Virus record (IMG/VR): IMGVR_UViG_3300037483_000053 | Location: 1 to 39,342 of that record | DNA length: 39,342 nt | Direction: 5' to 3' (one strand) | Origin: a virus | Taxonomy: Duplodnaviria > Caudoviricetes | Part shown: positions 15,569 to 24,818 of the stretch, in pieces | Numbering within the stretch: position 1 is the stretch's first letter | How the letters are laid out: every line of letters starts with the position of its first letter | The notes under the pieces: model-generated | The model's input: the letters and a program-made list of their open reading frames with translations, nothing else | Database searches by the model: none | Told to the model about the DNA's origin: nothing | Program-made: the position numbers and the translations under genes

Positions 15569-18500
15569 TTATGCAATGTAATATCCATTGTCGCCATTTG
15601 ACATCAACCCATCATCATCTGTTATGAAACCATATGAAGCCTTATTCTCATCAGTTTCATCTAGATAATCATTCATTGCATCAGGAGTTACAAAGCCATA
15701 TTTTATAAGCATGTATACAGTCGATTGCGCGATGTATTCATACAAATGCCCCGGCTCTTTTTCAAGTGCTTGCAAAATTTGGATTTTTTGCAATACATTT
15801 GCTCCATCAAATCCTTGAAACATTCGAGAATTAAGTATTGAATTATCACCAGTCCAAATATCATTCTTTCTAGCATCAAGTGAAAATTTAACTGTTTTTG
15901 GCGTTTCATTGAAGCGATTAAGAAGCCTACCAGCAAGAGTAACAACCAATCCTGCATTTGCAGACCTTAGCCAGTCTGCATATATAACTTTCACTGATTT
16001 TTCTCCGTGAGCATTAACACCTTCGCTATCTGGATCAGCTTGAATCTCCCATATGCGATAATTGTTTGGCTCATTGTCACCAGTTATATCAATTTTGTCA
16101 TAGTAAACCCACAATTGACTTATCCTATCCTTTGGATCATCAACAACAGACATTGAATTTTCAACAATGTCATATGTATCACTTATTGCTATTGGGGATT
16201 CATTTTTCAGCGCAGGTGCAATAGCCTTCAACTTAATCTTTCTGTTTATTTCATCCCACCAAATATAAATTAGATTTTGTTCCATCAATTTTACAATCAG
16301 TGAGTTAACACCAGTTGGCTCAGTTATTACATGAGTCAAATCATTAGCAGATAGCCAATCTGCCTTCTCTAAATCCCATTCATCATCAATTCCAGTTGGT
16401 GTGTCTCTCCCTGCGTCATATGGTATATATTCCTCTGGAATATTTGCATAATTCCTAAGTACATAATTCAGAATATCAACAACATTTACGCTGTTAAAGT
16501 AAACACACAATTGAACCTGATCATCAATTGACAAATCAGAGTCAGTTGACCCAAATTGCCCACCAACGACACCAGTCAGCGTATCTGTACTCACTCCAGT
16601 GTATTTGAGAACATTATCACCAACTCTTACATAACCTGGGTATATAACGCTGATTGAATTTCCAGTGTATGGGTCAATTGAATAATCAACTCCTTCACCA
16701 GATTGCAGAACAAGAGTTGTGCTAACACCAGCAGTATAATCAACACTAAGTGAACCAGAGCTTGGCGCAGGAATTTGTGCACGCTTGTCATCTGCAAGCT
16801 CAAGTATATCCTTACCACTTATTGTGACTCTGCCATTGCCATCTGGCCCATCAATCTTGTCAATTACATATGTGCGAGTTTCAAAATCAATCCATGAAAA
16901 ATCATCATTTATATACCCAACCAAAAGCCGCATTAAGCGACCTTTGTAATATGGATTCCTTGCTTTCAATTTGCCAAAAAAAGTTCCTTGGCTAGATGCA
17001 TCATATGTCCGTGTCGCGAAGTATGGATCAATGCCACGATCATGATGCGGAAAATCTTGCATCCTTATGGATATTGATCCTCTCCAACCCAATCCTTTAT
17101 CAGGTGTTATCCTTGTTGGTGTTGTGGTCGGATTGCCAACAATACACGGGAATCCTTCAATGCCAATTGGCAAATTTGAGTGCGGTTGGAAAAAGTTAAA
17201 TGTCTTTGTTGCCTTGTTGTAATTGGCCTTGTCCTGGCATGTTTTGTACGTGTTGTAGCAGGCGGCGCTCATGTCGAACGTCCCGTAGCCGCTCAACGCC
17301 TCCAACTGTGCATTGGTCAGTCGCGACGGCCAATATACTAGGCGGAGGATGTGACCGTTAAATATGTTTCCTCCAGACCCATTTTGCCCAATACCCATCC
17401 GGTCAACGGTTGGCATTGTTCCAGACGTATCCGCGACAGATGCCGCTCCGTCTCTGGATGCTGCAAAATCATTTGCTTTGTACGCAATAGCCATCCGGAA
17501 CACTTCACCGGCAGTTATTGCGCCAGTGTGCATACTAGCTTGTAGAACAGAGTCAGCAGAAACATATCCGCGTGCGGCGCCTTCCGCCTCAATAACAAAC
17601 GAGGATATTTGGTTCGTCAGGCTAGGATTGCTAAACGAGAACAGCCGTGGATACGCAGTTGCTCCGCTTATGTACTGTTTCTCCCCCTCAACAAACACCG
17701 TGGATTCGCTGACATTGTGGAAGCCGCTAATGTCCGTGCAGAGAATTCGATCTGCATTGCGGGTGACGGCGGCGGTTGTTGGAGTGGGAATGTAAGATGA
17801 CGGGGCTGCTCCAACCTCGACCTGACAGCCCCACGCGACTTTGCTACCCGTTAATGACGGTTCTGAGGCAGAATCCCCTGTTGTATTGAATGCAGGGTAG
17901 AGCGCGAATGCGATTGTGTTGTTTCCACTCGCATTATCTGCGGAGGTCATCCAGACCCGCCAGTAATCCCCGTAATCTTCCACGCCGCTGTTAACCGCGG
18001 TGGAAAACGTTATTGCTCCTGAGTTGGTATCTACAGTTATAGAGCGCGAAACAGCTGTGCCGCCAAGAATGAACACATTAATATAAGCGTAGTGTGTATC
18101 GCTGGTTGTTTTCTTTATGAACCATGACAGACAATACGTGTTACTACTACTGGTAATCGATCTGTTTTGTTGAACTCGCCCCGTCAACGCGCCGCTTTCG
18201 TCTGATACAGTATCAGCCGTCACCGTTCCATCGGGAGCAACATCCGTATTGCTATAGATAACGATATTAGTGCTAGAACTATTCAACCATCCGCCATCCC
18301 CGCCAGAGGTCAGTTGCTCGGATAAGTATGCAAGATTCGTCCGCGACTCCTCAGCAAAAAGCCCCCGACACTCCAGCGTCACAGGATCATAATCGAAGCG
18401 CGCCGTATCGGCTGCAACAACCTCTATAAGACCGGATTCGTTGACCCGCGTGGCGGTAGCTCCAGCACGAGTGCAGGTAAACACGGCGGTACCGACGCGC

Positions 18501-18673
18501 GGCGTGAGGGATGGCGATAACCCAGCAAAATGCATATCAAGCGTTGGAGTTGGTGTGCTCTTACCAGCTGCACATCCACCTTGGCCATAAGTGTTAGCAC
18601 ACGTATCTATGTCAGCAGCCAAAGCAACCATAGGTATGCGGCCAACAACCTTTTTAGACGTTGCAAACGTCAT
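15569..18673 (-). CDS. central tail-tip/hub protein with an inserted ~430-aa carbohydrate-binding/LamG-like region
   Basis: Position after TMP and Dit; split Cys motif; insert carries ARFDYDPVT...GL..EE.RTN, QVE.G..PSSYIPT....VTR.AD and LamG-like GHI....Y...LT.AQL. Confidence 0.8.
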   Translation of the reverse strand: MTFATSKKVVGRIPMVALAADIDTCANTYGQGGCAAGKSTPTPTLDMHFAGLSPSLTPRVGTAVFTCTRAGATATRVNESGLIEVVAADTARFDYDPVTLECRGLFAEESRTNLAYLSEQLTSGGDGGWLNSSSTNIVIYSNTDVAPDGTVTADTVSDESGALTGRVQQNRSITSSSNTYCLSWFIKKTTSDTHYAYINVFILGGTAVSRSITVDTNSGAITFSTAVNSGVEDYGDYWRVWMTSADNASGNNTIAFALYPAFNTTGDSASEPSLTGSKVAWGCQVEVGAAPSSYIPTPTTAAVTRNADRILCTDISGFHNVSESTVFVEGEKQYISGATAYPRLFSFSNPSLTNQISSFVIEAEGAARGYVSADSVLQASMHTGAITAGEVFRMAIAYKANDFAASRDGAASVADTSGTMPTVDRMGIGQNGSGGNIFNGHILRLVYWPSRLTNAQLEALSGYGTFDMSAACYNTYKTCQDKANYNKATKTFNFFQPHSNLPIGIEGFPCIVGNPTTTPTRITPDKGLGWRGSISIRMQDFPHHDRGIDPYFATRTYDASSQGTFFGKLKARNPYYKGRLMRLLVGYINDDFSWIDFETRTYVIDKIDGPDGNGRVTISGKDILELADDKRAQIPAPSSGSLSVDYTAGVSTTLVLQSGEGVDYSIDPYTGNSISVIYPGYVRVGDNVLKYTGVSTDTLTGVVGGQFGSTDSDLSIDDQVQLCVYFNSVNVVDILNYVLRNYANIPEEYIPYDAGRDTPTGIDDEWDLEKADWLSANDLTHVITEPTGVNSLIVKLMEQNLIYIWWDEINRKIKLKAIAPALKNESPIAISDTYDIVENSMSVVDDPKDRISQLWVYYDKIDITGDNEPNNYRIWEIQADPDSEGVNAHGEKSVKVIYADWLRSANAGLVVTLAGRLLNRFNETPKTVKFSLDARKNDIWTGDNSILNSRMFQGFDGANVLQKIQILQALEKEPGHLYEYIAQSTVYMLIKYGFVTPDAMNDYLDETDENKASYGFITDDDGLMSNGDNGYYIA

Positions 18674-19425
18674 ACACCCCTCACTTTCATGCTCCAGTTC
18701 ATATGAACTGTACTTGAATATCTTGGTGGGTCAATATTGCCATCACTCCAACAGAATGTAATATCAGTTTGGTAATTTTCATAATCCCAAGCAAAGAAGA
18801 ATGGCTTTTTAACTATGTGATCATACAAGCCTTGCCAATTGTTATCAAACCAAGATGGCAATATTACTTCTTGACTTATTGTGAATCTCTTTCCATTCCT
18901 TATCACTGACCTGCCAATGAATTGGCCACCATCAGAGACATTGCTATAAACCTCATCAGAATGCGCAAGTGAAGGAGGAATGAACCCAGCTGGCATTCCA
19001 CTTGGCAACTCCAATATATTTCCTATACAAAGTTGGCCAATGAGTGACGCAACATCAATGCTATTTACAAGGAATCTGAAATACCTAGCATTTCTTTGTG
19101 TCACTTTACGCAAATATGGATTGCCATTTGAAGGTGTATATTGCGAATCAAAGTCATGAATATCAGAAGAGAAATTATCACTTGAATATTGTGGCTTTAT
19201 ATTACCACTATTCAAGTGCAAGTTATGGCCAGCAATGGCCCAATAATCTGCATTTACAGCAGCCCCCATATCAACAGTTACATAGACAACTCCTGGTGCA
19301 TTAGCTTTCCACCAATCCGTGAGCAGCCAGTCCCAAGCATTTTCTTTTGGGTATCCAGATTCCTCTGATGTCACTGTAACAGTGCCATTAGCAAGGTGAT
19401 TGTCATAGCCTATGTATGCAGTCAT
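18670..19425 (-). CDS. distal tail (Dit-like) protein
   Basis: Immediately after TMP; discoidin-like N-half (VD.G.....D.WAIAGHNL, ARYFR) and PFFFAW. Confidence 0.65.
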   Translation of the reverse strand: MTAYIGYDNHLANGTVTVTSEESGYPKENAWDWLLTDWWKANAPGVVYVTVDMGAAVNADYWAIAGHNLHLNSGNIKPQYSSDNFSSDIHDFDSQYTPSNGNPYLRKVTQRNARYFRFLVNSIDVASLIGQLCIGNILELPSGMPAGFIPPSLAHSDEVYSNVSDGGQFIGRSVIRNGKRFTISQEVILPSWFDNNWQGLYDHIVKKPFFFAWDYENYQTDITFCWSDGNIDPPRYSSTVHMNWSMKVRGV

Positions 19426-21479
19426 CGCGCCACCAACTCTACACCTTCGCCAACTTGCTCATTTATTTGCTGCATAAGTTCACGGACACTGTCTTTGCTA
19501 TACCCAGCGCCATTTAGAGTCACATTAACAACTCTAACTGGTTGGGCAGTTTGCTCACGGCCACTTGGGATAGCAGTAGAACCAGGTGGCAAACCACTAG
19601 AAACAGGCGCAGAGGGCGAAGAACTACCGCCGCCGCCTACCGAAGCCCCGCGTCCTCCGCCGCCGAAACTAGCAGAACTAATTGCATTAATCTGAGACAG
19701 GCCCTGAGCAAGCATCAAGCCAGCAGGAATCAAGCCCCATGGGTATCCACCACCTGCCTCAAATGATTTAATCACTGCAGATGGTAGTGTAACAGCAGCA
19801 TTTGCTAAAGCAAGGGTCTTTTGTACTTCAAACATTTCCTTGTTATTCTTGGAAACAGTAGCAAGCATCAATGAGCCATTTTTCAATGCAGATTGATAAT
19901 CCTGCTTACGCATTGCATCAGCAAAATCAATTGACGCACGCCAAGAACCAGACTCTAGATTGAACAAACGTTCAAAATAATCTGATTGCTCTTCAAATTC
20001 TGCTTCGCGCTGTTCACGCTGACGTTCAATTCTTTCATCTTCAATGGCACGCAACTCTTCATCAAGTCTAATTGCTGATTCAAGGCGCAATTGATTCAAA
20101 ATTTCTTTATCATATACACCTTGTTCTTCTGCTTCATTTAGCAGATTTTGGCGCTCCATTTCTTCTTCAATTGCAACTTGTGTTTCATCTCGCATTCCTT
20201 TACGAAGCATTTCAACTCGCTTTTCTAGTGTTGCCTTCAACTTATCAAGTTCTTTTTGTTCTGTTGCACTCAAGCCTTCATCCTTTGGCTTGTTTACGCC
20301 AACATCAATAGTTGCAGTTGCTTTGCCTTCTTTGATATTGCGCTTATTCTTATCCCAAATTTTTGCAATCTTATCAATTGTGTCTTCCATGTCACCAGTC
20401 AATTCGTTGTTCAACTCTTCAGAGCCAGTCATGATGCTGTCACCAACATCATTGAATACTTCTTTAGTGATATCAGCCGCTGCCTTAAAGTCACCTTCAA
20501 ATAACGCAACTACTGCAGCAGCAAGTCCACCAATTGCACCACCAACAGTTTCCAAAGTGCCCATAAATACCGTTGACAGAGATGTTGTAAGTTGATTTAC
20601 TGCCTCTACAGCCACCAACATCATGGTTGAGAAAATCTTGGTTTTTTCAGACAATTCATCAGCTGGTTCAAGAGTTCCGAACAATGCGCTGGTGAATCCA
20701 AGAATATGAGGCGTAACATCTGCCAACGCAGCTTGTGTTGCGCTTAGACTATCTTTAATGGCACCCTTCAACCCCTCCTCACCAATTTCAACCATCAGGC
20801 TGTCAAAAGAGTCAGAAAGATTTGAAGTCATGCCGCTTATTGTGTTCATCTGCTCAGACATTGCGCCAGCAAACTGAACATCACCAATTCCCTTTAGGTA
20901 TTCTTGAATTTCATCTGCATTCTTCTTTACTTCAGTGGAAACACCTTGGAAAGTGAAAGTTACATTATCACCTTCACTGCGCGCCTTTACACCAAATTCT
21001 TTCAGTCGCTCAAATTCACCAGTTGCAGCATCAGCAACTGCCTCAATCATTTGATTAAGCGGCTTGCCCATTGCAGATGCAGTATTACCGAACGAGCGCA
21101 GAGAATCCTCACTTGGGTCCAGACCAAGTGCCTTCAACTTAATAAATGCATCAGTGATTTCTGAAACTTGGAATGGAGTCTCTTTAGCAAAATCACGAAT
21201 CAAATCCATTGCAGCAACTGCACCTTCAGCAGAGCCAGTTACTGTTTTGAGCGATGCTTGCATCTTCTCAAATTCAGCAATTGTTCCAACAAGCTCTCTG
21301 CCAACTGTTGCAATACCAGTTGCTGCTATAATTCCACTAAATTTGCTCCATGTGGCTTGAAGCCCACCAACTGCAGACTCAGTTTGCTTTGACCGCTGAC
21401 CAAGCGCATCAAGCTCTCTGACAGCACCTTTAATGTCGTCAGTTGTTACTTTGATGCCAAGTTCAGCAAGAGTAGTCAT
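19422..21479 (-). CDS. tail tape measure protein
   Basis: FA.ETPF.V, EAVADA.TGEFERLKEFG, helical Ala/Glu-rich body; follows the tail chaperones. Confidence 0.92.
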   Translation of the reverse strand: MTTLAELGIKVTTDDIKGAVRELDALGQRSKQTESAVGGLQATWSKFSGIIAATGIATVGRELVGTIAEFEKMQASLKTVTGSAEGAVAAMDLIRDFAKETPFQVSEITDAFIKLKALGLDPSEDSLRSFGNTASAMGKPLNQMIEAVADAATGEFERLKEFGVKARSEGDNVTFTFQGVSTEVKKNADEIQEYLKGIGDVQFAGAMSEQMNTISGMTSNLSDSFDSLMVEIGEEGLKGAIKDSLSATQAALADVTPHILGFTSALFGTLEPADELSEKTKIFSTMMLVAVEAVNQLTTSLSTVFMGTLETVGGAIGGLAAAVVALFEGDFKAAADITKEVFNDVGDSIMTGSEELNNELTGDMEDTIDKIAKIWDKNKRNIKEGKATATIDVGVNKPKDEGLSATEQKELDKLKATLEKRVEMLRKGMRDETQVAIEEEMERQNLLNEAEEQGVYDKEILNQLRLESAIRLDEELRAIEDERIERQREQREAEFEEQSDYFERLFNLESGSWRASIDFADAMRKQDYQSALKNGSLMLATVSKNNKEMFEVQKTLALANAAVTLPSAVIKSFEAGGGYPWGLIPAGLMLAQGLSQINAISSASFGGGGRGASVGGGGSSSPSAPVSSGLPPGSTAIPSGREQTAQPVRVVNVTLNGAGYSKDSVRELMQQINEQVGEGVELVAR

Positions 21480-21760
21480 TTTATTCTTCGCCTTATCAGG
21501 TCAATTTCAATAAGTATACTTGCTTCCCATGGAGTAACTTTTTGAAACAATCGGCTGTAGGAATCAATCTCATTTATGCCAACTGAATCACAACCTTGTT
21601 TCAACTCCAGATAAAACTTCCATAGATACTCACTTCCTTGTGGTAAATATGGACGATTTTTTAGGTGCTCAATTTCAATTCCAGTCCTTTTCTTTATGCG
21701 ATTCCAAATTTCAATCCTTGGGATGCTTGCATTTTTGTCATATCCATTTGCAAAGAACAC
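21476..21760 (-). CDS. tail assembly chaperone, frameshift extension (gpT-like)
   Basis: In the -1 frame of the upstream gene; YLW.FY.EL...EI.SY......PWE...L..ID pattern. Confidence 0.8.
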   Translation of the reverse strand: MFFANGYDKNASIPRIEIWNRIKKRTGIEIEHLKNRPYLPQGSEYLWKFYLELKQGCDSVGINEIDSYSRLFQKVTPWEASILIEIDLIRRRIK

Positions 21761-21789
21761 CCATTCTGCATAGTCAAAAATCCCTTTTG

Positions 21790-22158
21790 CTATGCTTTTA
21801 TAAAATTTACTCTTTTTGCAATGAACTTATCTGCCTGTTCGCAGATGTATGGTGCATTAATGTACAGATTTTCTGCAACCTCACGGCTGAATTCAATCTC
21901 TTGATCAGCGTGAGTCAACCCACGCCAACCAAGTGTTGCTTCAGCAATAAAAGAAGCTGTGTTGATAGAGCTATCCTTTCCTTCAGTCAACTTTGCAATA
22001 GCAGCACGTTGTGCTGCTGCCTTAATCTCTCGCAATTTATCTGAATCAGGCCCAACCAATCTGATGTAAAAATCAGTCTTTTTACCATCAGGTCCAATTA
22101 CCTGCATTTCTGCGCCTTCGTTGTGCACATCTTTGGTAACCAGCAAGTTGATGTCCAT
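21790..22158 (-). CDS. tail assembly chaperone (gpG-like)
   Basis: Between tail tube and TMP; G.DS, GW.G, ends in ..NF.. Confidence 0.85.
   Translation of the reverse strand: MDINLLVTKDVHNEGAEMQVIGPDGKKTDFYIRLVGPDSDKLREIKAAAQRAAIAKLTEGKDSSINTASFIAEATLGWRGLTHADQEIEFSREVAENLYINAPYICEQADKFIAKRVNFIKA
21802..21808 (-). promoter_or_regulatory. -1 programmed frameshift slippery site A AAT TTT
   Basis: In-frame X XXY YYZ heptamer; the -1 frame reads YKSIAKGIFDYAEW without a stop into ORF 21476-21760. Confidence 0.8.
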
Positions 22159-22171
22159 TTTTATTTACCTA

Positions 22172-22564
22172 TTACACCAGGGGTGACTGAGTCAGAGTGC
22201 CATTGCCAGTGAAGCTGAAATTTGCAGTAACAATGGCATCATTTGCAACGCTGCGCTCGATACTTACGATTGTTGCAGTTCCATTGAAATCAATGTTTCC
22301 TGCACCAGCACCTTCAGGGATAAGATGCAACTCAACGCTGGAGCCAACATTCATTGACTCCTGGCCATTAGAATCACTCTTGTCCCAATAGCAAGATACA
22401 GAGCCAGACCATGACTTTGTACCAGGCTTGTGGCCGCGATATGTATCGCCAATAACAGTGTCATCTGCAACAGCAGCAGTTTCAGTGATAGAAAAATTCA
22501 GCACCTCAGCAACAGCATTGGCACCAATTTTGACACTACCAGAATTACCAATTACATTTGCCAT
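22172..22564 (-). CDS. major tail tube protein
   Basis: 130-aa beta-rich protein: G..G.VKIG...VAE, G.KSWSGS, FSFTGNG.L. Confidence 0.85.
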   Translation of the reverse strand: MANVIGNSGSVKIGANAVAEVLNFSITETAAVADDTVIGDTYRGHKPGTKSWSGSVSCYWDKSDSNGQESMNVGSSVELHLIPEGAGAGNIDFNGTATIVSIERSVANDAIVTANFSFTGNGTLTQSPLV

Positions 22565-22583
22565 TTGTTATCCCCTTATCAAT

Positions 22584-22982
22584 TTACCGTGCGATGGTGG
22601 CGATGTAGCCAATTGTTACAACAATCTTGTACCAACCAGACTCTGCAACACCAGGTTGGCGGTACACCTTGTTAACGACTGCACACAGGCCATCGTAACA
22701 AACCTTTGAGTTGATGGTAAACGCACTCATTATTGTTTCTGCCATTGTCTTTGCGCTTACCGCACCTTCATTTACTGGATAACGCAAAATAACTCGGAAT
22801 ATGCCATCAGTCACATTGCTATCATTCATTGATAGAGGTGTTATATCATTTGGCAAATTTATCAATTCTGCATAAGCAGTGCCATTGACTGGCTGATATT
22901 CCATGTTTTCATGCGCGATTGGCAGGCCAAATGCAGCATCAATAAATGTGCTAATAAATGCCTGATCAATCTTTAGTGACAT
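22584..22982 (-). CDS. tail terminator (DUF4128-like)
   Basis: IA.EN..Y.P, GIF.V...YP...G; gene order. Confidence 0.7.
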   Translation of the reverse strand: MSLKIDQAFISTFIDAAFGLPIAHENMEYQPVNGTAYAELINLPNDITPLSMNDSNVTDGIFRVILRYPVNEGAVSAKTMAETIMSAFTINSKVCYDGLCAVVNKVYRQPGVAESGWYKIVVTIGYIATIAR

Positions 22983-23353
22983 TATCTAGTCACCTCTTTA
23001 ACTGCTTTCTCCATATTGCGCTGAACACGTTGCAAATTCTTTGCAATCATACCATCACGCTCTTCCCAAACTTCTGCATATGGCAAATTGTTGACCATGT
23101 GATTAGTCCCAAAACCAGTTATGTTATCCGCAGCTTCCTTCATTGCTTCAACACCAGTTTTATCTAGCCTTTCAATATCACCATGCTTTGGTGTTTCTCT
23201 GCTAGTTTGCCAATTGCCGCGCAGCCTACCAGTGTTAACACGAGTGTCACGAATTATGCCATTAAACAAACTCAACTTTATTGCGCGACACACTTTATCT
23301 GCATCAGTCTTTGTCTGCAATATGAATTTGGCAATGTCAGTGCTAAAACTCAT
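22982..23353 (-). CDS. neck / tail-completion protein (HK97 gp10-like)
   Basis: T.V.TGRLRGNWQ, NNLPYA, GM motifs. Confidence 0.75.
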   Translation of the reverse strand: MSFSTDIAKFILQTKTDADKVCRAIKLSLFNGIIRDTRVNTGRLRGNWQTSRETPKHGDIERLDKTGVEAMKEAADNITGFGTNHMVNNLPYAEVWEERDGMIAKNLQRVQRNMEKAVKEVTR

Positions 23354-23357
23354 GTCA

Positions 23358-23744
23358 TTACACCTTCATACCAACTTTATAAACCAATGGCGTGCCAGCA
23401 GGAGAAATAGGAGTCATACCAAGAACAGTGTACCAAACTCCACCCATTTGAACCAAATCATTTGCCCGTGGCTCGAACGGCGCTCCACTTGCTGCAATAA
23501 TCAAGAATCGCAAATTCTCATAAAGCAATGCAGCCTCGCCACCAAGACGATTATCAAATGCCTCAACTGTGCCTCCTGATGCAGGAGGATTAATTGCTGT
23601 AAATGAACCAGTTACAGTTACAGTTGATGTAACGCCAGTTATTGGATCAATTGTGTTTGTTTCACGCTTTATTGTGACAGATTGGCCAAACTGACTCAGA
23701 AGAGACAGTGCTGTTTCAGCCATATTGTCATAAAATGTGCTCAT
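23358..23744 (-). CDS. head-closure / head-tail joining protein
   Basis: FY..MA.TA..LL..FG, DP.TG, P..PAGTPLVY; gene order. Confidence 0.7.
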   Translation of the reverse strand: MSTFYDNMAETALSLLSQFGQSVTIKRETNTIDPITGVTSTVTVTGSFTAINPPASGGTVEAFDNRLGGEAALLYENLRFLIIAASGAPFEPRANDLVQMGGVWYTVLGMTPISPAGTPLVYKVGMKV

Positions 23745-24247
23745 GCACGCTCCAACGCGATACTCATCAAGCCAGATTTACGCAAAAAACTACGCAAAAG
23801 GGCGAGTCCACGGCTGTCTTTTGACAACTTCACAGCATTTTCAGATCCAAAATATTCAACTTCAACAGCACCTTCAACTTTTTCTTTCTTGGCAAATTTG
23901 TTCGGTGTGCGGTTATAAAGATCAACACCAGCATTAATCTCAAGTGCTAATGCCATTTGACAACTCTTTACATTGCGTGGAATCTCATCAGATTCCCAAT
24001 AAAAGCCATCAATTGGATCACTCATTATCCGTGGGAAAGCGAGGAACTGGTCCTTTGACACGCGCAATCCAATGATGTTGTCTTCGTGATCGCTGATGAA
24101 ATTACAAGCAGATATCAATTGCTGATCTGCTGCTTCAGCATCTGCAATAGTTGTTCCAAGCGAGGATGCATAAGCAATGTAATCAGCGCGTGTCACATAG
24201 CTGTTTGCATTTTCAATCACATCACCAGTTTCAACAACTATGCTCAT
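23741..24247 (-). CDS. head-tail adaptor
   Basis: IVVETG.....ANSY, Q.LAFPR, IP..VK, EKV.GAVEVEY. Confidence 0.8.
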   Translation of the reverse strand: MSIVVETGDVIENANSYVTRADYIAYASSLGTTIADAEAADQQLISACNFISDHEDNIIGLRVSKDQFLAFPRIMSDPIDGFYWESDEIPRNVKSCQMALALEINAGVDLYNRTPNKFAKKEKVEGAVEVEYFGSENAVKLSKDSRGLALLRSFLRKSGLMSIALERA

Positions 24248-24408
24248 AATTCACCCTCATAAAAATAGAAATTTGGAACAATTTCAACTTCGCCAGCTGG
24301 TGAAACCAAATTGGTAATTCTTATTGCATAAATGGAATCCTTTTCAAATCCCACTCGCCCTTTAACACTCCTTGCCCAGGGGTTGTTTTTGAATCAATTG
24401 AGCCAATC

Positions 24409-24532
24409 ATTATATAGCCCCCCCTACCCCTACCTCTAGACCCCTCCTAGGACCGCCGGAGCGGGCCTAGGCTAGTCTTTCGAGGTCTACCCCTAGGGTA
24501 GGTATAGGGAGGGGGCGCGCCTCGCCTTAAAC
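24409..24532. repeat. CTAG-rich, TG/CA-free intergenic element (copy 5)
   Basis: No TG or CA in 124 bp; five CTAG; core GGGTAGGTATAGGG at 24496-24509. Confidence 0.85.
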
Positions 24533-24540
24533 AAGTTGAA

Positions 24541-24741
24541 TTATTTGCCAACCTTCTTATTCTCAGCTTCCTTGGTTGCTTTTTCTTCAGCCTCTTTCTT
24601 TGCTTTTTCTTCTGACTCTTTGGTTGCAGATTCATCAACTTCAACAAACTTCTTGTGCTTCTTCGGATCAAAATCAGACTCATCAATCAGAACATAATCA
24701 CCCTGATTTTTGCCCCAAGGCATAACTTTGATAGCAGCCAT
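24541..24741 (-). CDS. small head-associated hypothetical protein
   Basis: GAGGTG RBS; GDYVLI.E.DFDP..H motif followed by an EK-rich tail; follows the capsid gene. Confidence 0.65.
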   Translation of the reverse strand: MAAIKVMPWGKNQGDYVLIDESDFDPKKHKKFVEVDESATKESEEKAKKEAEEKATKEAENKKVGK

Positions 24742-24773
24742 TTGAATCACCTCTTTTTTGATTACTGGTTATG

Positions 24774-24803
24774 AAAAAGCTCCCCTGGTATTACCCAGGG
24801 GAG
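24774..24803 (-). terminator. Rho-independent terminator after the capsid gene
   Basis: Stem CTCCCCTGG/CCAGGGGAG (24780-24803) followed by TTTTT on the - strand. Confidence 0.85.
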
Positions 24804-24818
24804 AAAGCCGCTGGTTCA

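Noticed and set aside
24447-24686. 79-aa Arg/Pro-rich ORF crossing island 5
   Set aside because: Alternative frame of the small head gene running into non-coding repeat DNA.
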